Position numbers and translations under genes: made by a program
Part shown: positions 1-12,659 of the stretch, piece by piece
How positions within the stretch are numbered: position 1 is the stretch's first letter
Layout: every line of letters begins with the position of its first letter
NCBI RefSeq assembly: GCF_006345805.1
Contig: NC_043000.1
Coordinates: 156,674,001 to 156,738,000 of the forward strand
Length of the DNA: 64,000 nt
Origin: Octopus sinensis
Taxonomy: Eukaryota
Reading direction: 5' to 3'
The notes under the pieces: generated by a model
Told to the model about the DNA's origin: nothing
What the model saw: the letters and a program-made list of their open reading frames with translations, nothing else
The model's database searches: none

Positions 1-33
<33 letters not shown>

Positions 34-138
34 CATCGCCGCTGCCGTCACCACCGGCACCTCCGTCACCACCACCACCACCGCAGCCACCACCATAAAC
101 GCTATCACCACTACCGCCACCACTACCACAACCACAGC

Positions 139-170
<32 letters not shown>

Positions 171-268
171 AAGTAGTAGTAGTAGTTGTAGTAGTAGTAG
201 TAGTAGTAGTAGTAGCAGTAGTAGTAGTAGTTGTAGTTGTAGTAGTAGTAGTAGTAGTAGTAGTAGTT

Positions 269-303
<35 letters not shown>

Positions 304-340
304 GGTGGTGGTGGTGGTTGTAGCCCCATTGTTGTCATCT
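1..340. repeat. (TAC)n/(ACC)n then (TAG)n/(TGG)n trinucleotide microsatellites
   Basis: Direct reading of the repeats; source of the poly-Leu ORF 123..338. Confidence 0.95.
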
Positions 341-786
341 CACTTCTGCATGCTTCGGCTTTAATTCAAAAACCCGATTATACTCATTATTATTATTATT
401 ATTATCATCTCGCTTTCGTTGCCAGTGGCTGAGGTTTACATCGTGTTTACTGTGTTTACTGACAGCAGCGACTTCCTTTGCATGTAAATAGCTTATGACA
501 TTGGAAAATCTGCAGACGCCAGACATACTCGCAGAGATAGCAGCGGAGGAACAAGTGGCACTGGTTGCACCTCGGCAGCAGAAAGCATCGCAGCGGTAAT
601 AATGCCAGATGGAAATTCTTATGAGCTCGCTTGACCTTATTCAAAATGGGAGTCACATGTCTCTCAAAATTGCACCCTATTGTGAAATAGTTTACAACCT
701 ATTGGGTAACTTGACTTACCCCGTGTATAAAATAAATAAAAAAGAAGTGAAATGGTTACACTTTGTAAGTTTTTTGGTTTTTTTTT

Positions 787-958
787 AGGCGCAGGTGTGG
801 CTGTGTGGTAAGTAGCTTGTTAACCAACCACATGGTTCCAGATTCAGTCCCACTGCGTGGCATCTTGGGCAAGTGCCTTCTGCTATAGCCCCGGGCCGAC
901 CAATGCCTTGTGAGTGGATTTGGTAGACGGAAACTGAAAGAAGCATGTCGTATATATG

Positions 959-991
<33 letters not shown>

Positions 992-1198
992 ATGTTTGTG
1001 TGTCTGTGTTTGTCCCCCTAGCATTGCTTGACAACTGATGCTGGTGTGTTTACGTCCCTGTCACTTAGCGGTTCGGCAAAGAGACCGATAGAATAAGTAC
1101 TGGGCTTACAAAGAATAAGTCCCGGGGTCGATTTGCTCGACTAAAGGCGGTGCTCCAGCTTGGCCGCAGTCAAAATGACTGAAACAAGTAAAAGAGAA
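787..1198 (+). mobile_element. tRNA-derived SINE, family A, full length
   Basis: Head GGCGCAGG-TGGCTGTGTGG (A box) ... GGTTCAGTCCC-like B box, internal (TA)/(TG) microsatellite, tail CAGTCAAATGACTGAAACAAGTAAAAGAG; more than 10 similar copies in the window. Probably one of the octopus OK/OR1/OR2 SINEs; exact family not verified. Confidence 0.9.
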
Positions 1199-2080
1199 TT
1201 TTAAAAAATAAAAAGAGGTGCGCTTGTTCACACATGAGGGTCCTAAGGCGAAACAAATCCACCATCACAACCGCTGACGATAACAACAAAAGCAACAACA
1301 ATTACAACGGTTACAACGACACCGGAAGTGGTTATATTCGAAGCATTATGGACAAGAACAACAGGTAAAGAGACATCCCCAAATAGCAACGGCGTCGGCA
1401 GTAGTAGTAGTAGCAGCAGCAGCAGCAGTAGTAGTAGCAGTAGTAGTAGTAGTAGTAGTAAACAATACCTCTGCACTTTCCCCGCGACTGCAGGGGAAAG
1501 TTCAGAAGTATTTTACTTCGAACAATAGCAGATATTTATTTAGCAACCGAATTAGCAATAGCCGTGCTTCTATCAAGAGCCGCAGAGCATGGAGAGAAAA
1601 AAATTTGCAAATATATCTGCAGCTGCAGTTGCAGTAGCAGTAGAAACAGCAGCAACAAGTGTGATAGTAGTAGTAGTAGAAGCACAAGCAGATGGTGACT
1701 CTATATCAGTAACAGCATTCACTGCTGCAACGGAAGTGAAATCGTCAGCAACGGCATCGGCGGCAATAGCAGCAGCAGCAGAGGCAAGCAACATCAAAGG
1801 AGACAACCTTTGCTGCACACCGGTAACGTGGCAGCAACGGCATTCACACTAACAGCGGCTGCAACAGCGGTAACAGTGCACTAGCACTATGAACAACAAC
1901 AACAAGAATTAATGATAAGGCCTCGACGAAGTCTTGTAGTCGGCTAGAAGTAGCAGCCCATTATCTCTTTGCACACATTTGTATTAAGCGGTGATTTTCT
2001 CTTTAAAAAGGGACGACAATTGGACAATTTATCCTTGATTTGTGTATATATATTATATATATATATAATCCATATATATA

Positions 2081-2121
<41 letters not shown>

Positions 2122-2567
2122 TATATATATATATATATATATAAATCCACCAGAATGACGAGAAAGCACTAATATATGATATATGATATAAGTTATTGAT
2201 GTATAAAACATGTAATATAACAAATATATCTGTAAATATAAAACCATCCGAATTTCTGAGTACCTCATTTCTTCTAATATAAGATACCTGTACATCATAT
2301 CCAAACTTTCTAATGCCCCAGCATGGCCGCGGCCTTCGGGCTAAAACATTTTTAAGGATTTCAGGATTTAAGGATATATATATATATATAGGTTATGAAT
2401 ACCAAAGGTGTCAGGTAATGCCGAATAAGTGCTATAGATGGACCGTAGTTAAGTTCCAGGTTCGGTGATTATGCGAATAAGGGGTTCAACGTTGGTCATA
2501 TGTCAGAGTGTTATATATAAAAAATTTTAATCTACACACCCTTGGTTTTTATCTCATTACGACAAAA

Positions 2568-2631
<64 letters not shown>

Positions 2632-2827
2632 GTGAAGGGAAGAAATGGAGCCGAACGAAGATTCTACAAAATTCCTTTTTATTATTTTCTACACATGTTT
2701 CAAAGGCTGCAATTCCCAAATTCGGATTGAATAAGGAGACCATTCTGCAGCTTTTTTTGCTACACAGGTATCGGTTAATTGGAATAATCCGTAACAAGAT
2801 AATTCATTTATCCATTTCATTAAATAT

Positions 2828-2858
<31 letters not shown>

Positions 2859-3477
2859 ATATATAGATATATATATATATATGTGCGTGTGTGAGTGTGT
2901 GTGTGTGTGGTATGTATACATATATATGTACATATATATGTACACACACTCACAGATATATAATATTAAATATACAGAGAGTGAGAGAGAGAGTGAGATA
3001 GACAGATAGATAGATAGATAGATAGAATGACTGACAAACAGATAGATAGATAAAGCCACAGGATATACACTCCTGGAAGGTGCTGGATCATAGATTTGAT
3101 CATTCTGGGCCGACTTGGGGTTAAACAACAACAACAACAGTAACAACAACAGTTGTAATAAGTTGGTCTAAGCAATAGCTGTGACAGCAGAATCGATAAA
3201 GTATATTCATGAATGACTGTAACACAGCGGTAGTAATAGCATCATCGACAGCAGCAGAGCAACAGCAGCAGCACTAATGACAACAGCTGTAGCACAGCAG
3301 CAACTAACTATAGCACCACCACCACCACCACCACCACCAATAACAACAAAAACAACGCACAACAACAGCAACAACAATTATTTCGTCAATGTATTTATGA
3401 GAGAGAATTAACGGGGAGATGAACAAAATAATAGAAACTCATTTTCATTGACTGATGAGTGTTGCTGCTGATGCTGT

Positions 3478-4030
3478 ATGTTGTTGGTGGTGGTGGTGGA
3501 GGCGGTGGTAGTGGTGGTGGTGGTGGTTGTTGTTGTTGTTGGTGGTGGTGGTTGTGGTGGTGGTAGTGGTGGTGGTGGTGGTGGTGGTGGTAATTGTGGT
3601 GGTTGTGATGGTGGTGGTTGTGGTGGTGGTTGTGACGGTGGTGGTGGTAGTGGTGGTGGTGGTGGTGGCGGTGTTGGTGGTTGTGGCGGTGGTGGTGGTA
3701 GTGGTGGTGGTGATGGAGATGGTGATGGTGATGGTGATGGTGGTGATGATGGTGATGGTGATGGTGGTGATGGTGGTGGTGGTGATGGTGGTGGTGATGG
3801 TGGTGGTGGTGGTGATGGTGATGATGATGGTGGTGGTGGTGGTGGTGGTGGTAGTGGTGGTGGTAGTGGTAGTGGTGGTGGTGCTGGCGCTGGTATTGTT
3901 CTTCTTAGTGGTGGTTATACGGATGGTGGAGATGATAGGGGTGGTTATAATTATGGAGTTGGTGGTAGCGCTGGTGGTAATGGTTGCATCGGTGTTGCGT
4001 GGTGGTTTGGTGGTGACGGAAGGCCAATGT
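3478..4030. repeat. (TGG)n/(TGA)n degenerate microsatellite
   Basis: Direct reading; explains the poly-Gly and poly-Val ORFs. Confidence 0.95.
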
Positions 4031-4339
4031 TAAGATTGTTACTATTATTTAACCCCAGAATCAAATAATTTACAGCCAACCGTGACTATCCCACTTTTTT
4101 TTTTGCTCTGTACAAAGAACCCACCCAAAACGTCTTTATCCTATGCATCAAAGACGGTGAGGTATGAATTGAAGGGAAATTAACTGCTATTTCTTGCGAC
4201 CACGTACATGCCTCCTTCAATAACTCGTGTGGTTGTTATGTTTTGTTGGTGATGAGGAGGCAGGGTGCGTGATGGCGACGATGCTGTGCCGTAGTAGTCC
4301 GTTATGTAACGGCGTCGTGTTTACGATGACGATGACGGA

Positions 4340-4669
4340 CAGCCATCATGAAGGAGATCGCAATGATGACGATGACGATGGCGATAATGATGACGGTGAT
4401 AATGATGATGATGATGATGAGGAGGAGGGGGAGGAAGAGGAGGAGGAGGAAGAAGAGGAGGTGGTGGAGGATATAGCGATATCAATTGCTTGTGATAAAA
4501 GATGCAGCTTGCTTTGTCGCCGGCGTCAGTGTTGATAGCAACCAGAAGGATGATGATGATGATGATGATGATGTTCATGATGATGATGATGATAATGATA
4601 ATGATGTTCATGATGATGATGATGATGATGATGATGACGATGATGTTCATGATGATGATGATGATGATA

Positions 4670-4702
<33 letters not shown>

Positions 4703-4705
4703 TTC

Positions 4706-4740
<35 letters not shown>

Positions 4741-4750
4741 AATGATGTTC

Positions 4751-4795
<45 letters not shown>

Positions 4796-4870
4796 TTCAT
4801 GATGATGATGATGATGTTCATGATGATAATGATGATGATGATGATGATGGTGGTGGTGGCGGCGGTGATG
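4340..4870. repeat. (GAT)n microsatellite with periodic GTTCAT interruptions
   Basis: Direct reading; explains the poly-Asp, poly-Met, poly-His and poly-Ile ORFs. Confidence 0.95.
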
Positions 4871-5095
4871 ATAATGGATGTTGGGTGGGGAAGTAACGTT
4901 TATGCTGATGGGCGTTGTGGTGGCAACGTTGGTGGCGATAGTGTTGCGGCGGCATTTGGTGTTTTGTTGAATTTGACGAACGTGACGACGATCACGGTCA
5001 CAGCAATGATGTTTACTACGGCACACTACAGTAGTAACGCAGGGGAGGGGGTGATGGTTCTGCTGTTACTGCTGCTGTAGTTGTTGCTGTTGATG

Positions 5096-5128
<33 letters not shown>

Positions 5129-5429
5129 AGAAAGAAAAGAGAAGACGATGCATATAATGATGTCATTTAGCGATCAGTATTCACGGCTCCACTTATAAAT
5201 CGGTTTCTCTGGTGGCAACAGAAACGGAAACGTGTTAGACTTAAACGCTAATTAACTGCGCTTAATCAAATCTAATCAGCTTCAAATTCCTTGGATCAAA
5301 TCCCACCGAAACTTTCGTTTCTCTGAAATCGATAATATAAGTAACACTTAGTTACTAGCGTCTTGTGTCATGACCCAGTACAAGAAAATCACTTATAGAT
5401 CAATGTTCGAGTATCAGTAATCTCCCCGG

Positions 5430-5599
5430 GTCTTAAGTCATTTGAGTGCAGTCATGCTGGAGCACCGCCTTTCAGTCGAAGTAATCGACCCCAGGACTTA
5501 TTCTATAGGTTTCCTTTGCCGAAACGATAAGTTACGGGGACATAAACACACCAACATCGATTGTCAAGCGATGGAGGGGAAATAGACAAAAAGGCACAA

Positions 5600-5600
<1 letters not shown>
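5430..5600 (-). mobile_element. SINE family A, 3' half, diverged
   Basis: Reverse complement of the family A tail (GTCATTTGA..CATGCTGGAGCACCGCC..GGGGACATAAACACACC). Confidence 0.75.
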
Positions 5601-5640
<40 letters not shown>

Positions 5641-5784
5641 ATATATATACACACACATGCATACATACAGACATACATACATACATACAGATAGACAGAC
5701 AGACATACATACACACACACACATGCACACACGCACACACACACATACACACACACATACACACACACACACACACTCACACAC

Positions 5785-5817
<33 letters not shown>

Positions 5818-6057
5818 ATTTATGTAAATAAGGATAAGATCGTTATTTAAAATACCGATCTTATCAGGCGGCCAACATGCGAATAAAAACCTCAAAGGTA
5901 ATAATTATTATTAAAATTATAGTTAAGGGTATCTAAGGGATACCACCATGCTAGATATAGCAGCCAAAACTTGACTCTAAAACCACATTAAATGTTCATA
6001 CAACTCCAGGAGAGAAGACAAAGAGACAAAATAAACTAGCAAAAAAATTACTGGATA

Positions 6058-6116
6058 ATTCCAGATCCCGGATTTCTGGCTCTGCATAAGAAATGCGTTG
6101 CTTTCATCAGTGGAAT
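6058..6116 (-). ncRNA. Type I hammerhead ribozyme motif, solitary, PLE-type
   Basis: Minus strand: ATTCCA-CTGATGA-(AAGCAAC GCAT TTCTT ATGC AGAGCCA)-GAAA-TCCGGGA-T-C-TGGAAT. Helix I is 6 bp and perfect, the core is intact, helix III is near-palindromic (ATCC-G-GGAT), and the triplet is AUC. The base of helix II is mismatched. Confidence 0.7.
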
Positions 6117-6160
6117 ATACGCAGATTGCGCATAAATACAAATTATATATATATATATAT

Positions 6161-6191
<31 letters not shown>

Positions 6192-6266
6192 CAACATATG
6201 AATATTTACATATACGAATGTATACATACAACTACATACATACGTACATATATAATATAGATAGAG

Positions 6267-6310
<44 letters not shown>

Positions 6311-6314
6311 GATG

Positions 6315-6365
<51 letters not shown>

Positions 6366-6412
6366 GATGGATAGATAGATAGATAGATAGATAGATGATG
6401 GATAGATAGATA

Positions 6413-6640
6413 AGTTTCTTTATTGGCCACACAGGGCTGCACACAGATGGGACAAGTTACAAGGTAGAGCTTTTTTTTGGGGGATGAAGAGAACAAAAAA
6501 AAAAAGAAAAAAAGGGGGGGTGGCGTAGTTTCGATGATAGTCGATAGAGATAGAAAGGGAAGAAAGAACAAAAAAAAATCAAAAAACAAAAAAAATTTTT
6601 AATAAATAAGAAGAAAAAGAAGAAAAAAGAAAAAAGAAAA
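6413..6640 (-). mobile_element. 3' UTR end of the Tx1/L1-type LINE (copy A)
   Basis: Reverse complement of 55230-55459 (..GCAGCCCTGTGTGGCCAATAAAGAAACT), flanked on both sides by (GATA)n. Confidence 0.85.
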
Positions 6641-6644
6641 GATG

Positions 6645-6685
<41 letters not shown>

Positions 6686-6852
6686 TAGATGATGGATAGA
6701 TAGCTAGATAGATAGATAGATAGATGATATAGATAGATAGATAATAGATACATACATACATACATACGTACATATATATATATAGATAGATAGATAGATA
6801 GATAGATAGATCGATAGATAGGATAGATAGATAGATGGATAGATAGATAGAT

Positions 6853-6886
<34 letters not shown>

Positions 6887-6933
6887 GATGGATAGATAGA
6901 TAGATAGATAGATAGATGATGGATAGATAGATA

Positions 6934-7156
6934 AGTTTCTTTATTGGCCACACAGGGCTGCACCAGATGGGACAAGTTACAAGGTAGAGCTTTCTTTTGG
7001 GGGATGAAGAGAACAAAAAACAAAAGAAAAAAAGGGGGGGGTGGCGTAGGTTTCGATCAGAGGGATCGTAAAAGGGAAGAAAAGCAACAAAACCAATCAA
7101 AAAACAAAAAAAATTTTTAATAAAAGAAGAAAAAGAAGAAAAAAGAAAAAAGAAAA
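6934..7156 (-). mobile_element. 3' UTR end of the Tx1/L1-type LINE (copy B, tandem duplicate of A)
   Basis: Same sequence and same 5' truncation point as 6413-6640. Confidence 0.85.
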
Positions 7157-7160
7157 GATG

Positions 7161-7207
<47 letters not shown>

Positions 7208-7211
7208 GATG

Positions 7212-7271
<60 letters not shown>

Positions 7272-7297
7272 CATACATACATACATATGACGGGCAT

Positions 7298-7451
7298 CTT
7301 TCAGTTGACCCGAGGTTCCGAGGCTATGGTTGACCCGAGGCTCCGAGGCTATAGTAGAAGACACTTGCTCAAGGAGCCACGCAGTGGAATTGAATCCGAA
7401 TCCATGTGATTGCAAAGCGACCTTCTGACCACGCAGCCATGGCTGCGCCTA
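7298..7451 (-). mobile_element. SINE family A, 5' part, diverged
   Basis: GAGGCTATAGTAGAAGACACTTGCTCAAGG..CCACGCAGCCATGGCTGCGCCT is the reverse complement of the family A head. Confidence 0.7.
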
Positions 7452-7645
7452 ATCCTCTTTGGTGCAGTTATCGCTTGTATGTTGCTGGAAGGAGTTGTGC
7501 GGTAGATGTTATTTAGCTTGAGCTTGGCTCACATAGAAACGATCTAGGAACGAAGGCGTTCTAGGCATGACCGCCACGTTTATGCATTCATATTTACTGG
7601 ATTACATTATCCTATATACAGACCTCCGTCTCAAAGAGGAGTTTG

Positions 7646-8045
7646 AGGCGCAGGAGTGGCTGCGTGGTAAGTAGCTTGTTTACCGACCACATGGTTCCGG
7701 GTTCAGTCCCACTGCGTGGCACCTTGGGCAAGTGTCTTCTTCTATAGCCACAGGCTGACCAAATCTTGTGAGTGGATTTGGTAGACGGAAACTGAAAGAA
7801 GCCCGTCGTATATATGTATATGTATATGTGGGTGTGTGTGTTTGTGTGTCTGTGTTTGTCCCCCTAGCATTGCTTGACAACCGATGCTGGTGTGTTTATG
7901 TCCCCGTCACTTGGCGGTTCGGCAAAAGAGACCGATAGAATAAGTACTGGGCTTACAAAAGAATAAGTCCCGGAGTCGAGTTGCTCGATTAAAGGCGGTG
8001 CTCCAGCATGGCCGCAGTCAATGACTGAAACAAGTAAAAGAGTAA
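7646..8045 (+). mobile_element. SINE family A, full length
   Basis: Co-linear with 787-1198. Confidence 0.9.
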
Positions 8046-8158
8046 AATAGTATAGGCTGGAACACATAACCACTAAGCCCCTAATCACTTAGCCACGCGC
8101 CTTAATTTCTTACATAATTGAAAGAATATAGCTTTAGTTAGTGAATGAAACGATATCT

Positions 8159-8340
8159 AAGGCAGCGAGCTGGCAGGAACGTTGGCACGCCGGGCGAAAT
8201 GCTCAGCAGTATTTCGTCTGCCGTTACGTTCTGAGTTCAAATTCCGCCGAGGTCGACTTTGCCTTTCATCCTTTCGGGGTCGATAAATTAAGTACCAGTT
8301 ACGCACTGTGTTTAGCCCCTAGTGGGTAATAAATAAACAG
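8159..8340 (+). mobile_element. tRNA-derived SINE, family B, internally deleted
   Basis: GGC(G)GCGAGCTGGCAG..GTTCTGAGTTCAAATTCCGCCGAGGTCGACTTTGCC.. shared with about 10 other copies. Confidence 0.85.
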
Positions 8341-9072
8341 ATATCTAAGTAGTCTTCAGATTACTGCAACTTACTCCTTGACCGACAACGCTTGCTTCAC
8401 ACGTACTTACATGTTTTCAAAAAGTTTCAAAAGAGTAATCTGGAAAAAACCGAAGGTGTAGATTATATTCACACATACTTCCATGTGTGTGAGTGTGAGT
8501 GCGTGAAAAATTGCAAGAAAGAAATTTTTATACATATATATTTTACAATCTTGCAAGTAAATATTTTTATTATACATTTAAATAATTGAAAGTAGAACTA
8601 CAAAAATGTTTTCACATAAATGCTCTCATATAATAGTTTTACTGTTAAAAATTTTACTGTATGTTATCACTAGGTGCGTTTTACATACACACACATACAA
8701 TAAAAGGTAAAAAGAGTGTGATAAATCACATATTATTTACCTCGTATAACAAGAGTTTACGTATATATAAAAATGTTTTACTGAACAAGTTTTAGTGCTT
8801 GTAACTCAAATGACTTTTGCATTAGAGGGAAAAACCACATTTTATTGACTCGTTCGTTTCGGTGTCTTTCTGCTTTGTCATTTATGATTACCAACTCTAT
8901 ATATGCATGTCATTATTTGGTTATATTTCAAGATTTCTTGCCAAAAGAGAAAGAGCCGGTTGCCAACGTAAATCCAAGGCTCCTTCATTGGAATTTCAAT
9001 ATCAACAGGGTACGTTTGCATGTATGTATGTATATGTGCAGATTTGTATGTTTTGCTAGACGAGCTCATATA

Positions 9073-9620
9073 CAGGGTTTATTAAAAAAGAATGAACTGA
9101 TTTCATTACGCAATATTTTAATAAGGAAAAGCAATAGAAAACTCCAGCTAAGTCACAAGTATTTGCTCACAATCAACTTTTATTTCCTGTCTTACAAGTT
9201 TTCAAAGTGGCCACTACCTGCAGCAAGTGTAACATCAATGCGATAAGAGAATTCCTCCCTGACGCGTATCAACATATCAAAAGCAAGTTCATTATGGAAC
9301 TAAAGAATAAATTTGCTTTGCTCGAGGCGATTACAGAAGGTATTGATATAGAAGGGAAATGGAAAAACTTCGATAAAGCATTCAACCAAACAGCCAAAGA
9401 AGTACTCAGTGGATCGTGATATGCTGATACGCATCTGGGAGGAATTCTCTTATCGCATTGACGTTGCCCGTGCTGCAGGTGGTGGCCATATTGAACATTT
9501 GTAAGACAGGAAATAAAAGTTGATTGTGAGTAAATACTTGTGACTTAGCTGGAGTTTTCTATTGCTTTTCCTTATTAAAATATTGCGTAATGAAATCGGT
9601 TCGTTCGTTTTGAATATACT
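9073..9620. mobile_element. Foldback Tc1/mariner derivative: ~200-bp inverted arms around a 139-bp spacer
   Basis: TA|CAGGG start. Arms 9073-9278 and 9418-~9616 are reverse complements, and each encodes a transposase C-terminus (DMLIRIWEEFSYRIDVARAAGGGHIEHL*). Confidence 0.85.
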
Positions 9621-9694
9621 TAAATGGTAAGCTTCTGGAAAGTTTTACAGATTTTTTACAATTCCAGTGGTGGATTGGATCTATAATCTTCGAA

Positions 9695-9830
9695 TCAGCT
9701 CATATTCACACACTTATGGCAGCGGTCCTTCAGTTTTTCTAAGCCTTGTAAAAGAACTCAGAATGTTGGGCCACCAGCGAGGCCTTTCGCGATACCCTTA
9801 AAGCCAGACACTTTTCAGAACCTCCTCACA
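9695..9830 (-). mobile_element. Mariner-derived MITE fragment (same family as 17993-18211)
   Basis: Shares GGTCCTTCAGTTTTTCTAAGCC..GGCCTTTCGCGATACCCTTAAAGCCAG with 18100-18190. Confidence 0.75.
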
Positions 9831-9913
9831 CACACACACACATAAATACATGTATATAGTGATATATGTGTATATGTACATATACATCGATACATATGTA
9901 TATCTATGTATAT

Positions 9914-10325
9914 AGGCGCAGGAGTGGCTGTGTGGTAAGTAGCTTGCTAACCAACCACATGGTTCCGGGTTCAGTCCCACTGCATGGCACTTTGGGCAAG
10001 TGTCTTCTGCTATAGCCCCGGGACGACCAATGCCTTGTGAGTGGATTTGGTAGACGGAAACTGAAAGAAGCATGTCGTATATATGTATATATATGTATGT
10101 ATGTGTGTGTATGTGTTTGTGTGTCTGTGTTTGTCTCCCTAGCATTGCTTGACAACCGATGCTGGTGTGTTTACGTCCCTGTCACTTAGCGGTTCGGCAA
10201 AAGAGACCGATAGAATAAGTACTGGGCTTACAAAGAATAAGTCCCGGGGTCGATTTGCTCGACTAAAGGCGGTGCTCCAGCATGGCCGCAGTCAAATGAC
10301 TGAAACAAGTAAAAGAGTAAAAGAG
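9914..10325 (+). mobile_element. SINE family A, full length
   Basis: Co-linear with 787-1198. Confidence 0.9.
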
Positions 10326-10814
10326 TATATATGTGTGTGTGTATCATAAACGCACTTGCGCACACATATGTACAAGTTTGCTCATATATAGACACACACC
10401 TGCATCCTTATACAAGAACTAAGCTTGTCATAACACAAACAAAGTTATAGACGGGAAACCTAAACTTCATTCAATCGGCATTTCTCTTTTTTTTGTCGGC
10501 TGCCCACGACCATAGTTTGCGATGATTTCCTCTGAGTAATGATTGAGTAACGACTAACAAATAGGCCGTCTGACCGACACCTTGATCCGGATATATAAAA
10601 TTATCTAACAAGTATATGACAAATGTATACATCAGACCTCACAGCCTTTTATTGAATATTTTTATCTTTTAGTTTAAATCCCAACGACATTGATTTTTGC
10701 TACTTTCAACCAAGATCGATAAAATAAATAGTAGTCATATCCTGGATCGATGGAATTTAATTGACTGAGTCCTTCCTTTACAAAATATATATATATATTT
10801 TTTTGCCAGTCTGA

Positions 10815-11161
10815 GCAATCAATCAATCAATCAATCACTCAATCAATCAACCAATACATTCATACATGCATATACATAATGCATACATTCATACATACAT
10901 ATACATACATGCATACATTCATACATACATATACATACATGCATACATTCATACATACATATACATAATGCATACATTCATACATACATATACATATATG
11001 CATGCATAAATATGTATACATAAATGCTGGCATATATTTTTGTATTCATTCATGCTTTACATTTACACATGCAGGCATACATAATGCAGAATTTAGACAT
11101 GCATACATGTACATACATACATACATACATACATACATACATACATACATACATACATACG

Positions 11162-11195
<34 letters not shown>

Positions 11196-11630
11196 CATAC
11201 ATACATACATACATACATACACGTACATACATACATACCTACATACATACATACATACATACATACATACATACATACATACGTACATACTACATACATA
11301 CATACATACGTACATACTACATACATACATACATACATACATACATACATACATACATACATACATCATACATACATACATACATACATACATACAACAT
11401 ACATACATACATACATACAACATACACACATACACACATACGTACATACATACATACATACATACATACATACGTACATACATACATACATATATGCATA
11501 CGTACATACATACATACATACATACATACATACATACATACATACATACATACATACATACATACATACATACATACGTACATACATACATACATACATA
11601 CATACATACGTACATACATACATACATACA

Positions 11631-11663
<33 letters not shown>

Positions 11664-11752
11664 GCATACGTACATACATACATACATACATACATACATA
11701 CATACATACATACAACCAACCGTCTATACATACACACAGCAGGCCATATGTA

Positions 11753-11788
<36 letters not shown>

Positions 11789-11860
11789 CATACATACAGA
11801 CAGACAGACAGAGAGCCATGTATACATACACATATACATACATAAATTCATACATACATA
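10815..11860. repeat. ~1-kb (TACA)n microsatellite with (CAAT)n and (TATC)n flanks
   Basis: Direct reading; source of the HTYI and MYVC ORFs. Confidence 0.95.
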
Positions 11861-12163
11861 CAACCTTATGATAGCTATGGTATTCTACAAAACAAGTATT
11901 GATGAATCATTTGTATATCACTCGAATACAGCGGTATGCAATTATGTATGATACACGATTGTAAGATGTATGCCACACTCAATGTATTCACAGCAAAATT
12001 TCCAGTGACCGGCAAGAACAAAACGAATGGAAACTATTTCAATCGCAGGTTTTATATAAAAAAAATCCTTTATTTCCAGTAATAGTAGCGATTTGATTTG
12101 CGAGTTTACCTTCTTTAGTGGTTTTACCGCGTGCTCGTATGCAAATCTGATAATTTCTACCTA

Positions 12164-12620
12164 AGGCGTAGGAGTGGCTGCGTGGTAAGTTGCTTGCTTA
12201 CAAACCACATGGTTCCAGGTTCAGTCCCACTGCGTGGCACCTTGGGCAAGTGTCGTCTACTGTAGCCTCGGGCCGACCAATGCCTTGTGAGTGGATTTGG
12301 TAGACTGAAACTAAAAGAAGCCCGTCGTATATATATATATATGTGTGTGTATGTATGTATGTATGTATGTATGTATGTATGTATGTATGTATGTATGTAT
12401 GTATGTATGTATGTGTATACGTTTGTGTTTGTCTCCCCCTTCCAACATCACTTGACAACCGATACTGGTGTGTTTACGTCCCCGAAACTTAGCGGTTCGC
12501 ATAAGAGACCGATAGAATAAGTACTAGGCTTACAAAGAATAAGTCCTCGGGTCAATTTGCTCGACTAAAAGGCGGTGCTCCAACATGGCCACAGTCAAAT
12601 GACTGAAACAAGTAAAAAAG
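12164..12620 (+). mobile_element. SINE family A, full length
   Basis: Co-linear with 787-1198. Confidence 0.9.
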
Positions 12621-12659
12621 TACCCACATACCTACCTATCTTCCTATTTACATGCCAGT

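Larger units (their letters stand above)
6255..7290. repeat. (GATA)n microsatellite block containing two LINE 3' ends
   Basis: Direct reading. Confidence 0.95.

Noticed and set aside
756-1034. Recurrent ORFs such as MSSNARGTNTDTQT.. and MLGGQTQTHKH..
   Set aside because: Antisense translations of SINE family A; they recur at every copy with variable frameshifts.
1589-1852. Ala/Val-rich ORF as a gene
   Set aside because: Built from degenerate (GCA)/(GTA) triplet repeats and open on both strands.
2690-2770. Hammerhead-like GAAACATGT on the minus strand
   Set aside because: No CUGANGA core, and position 17 would be G.
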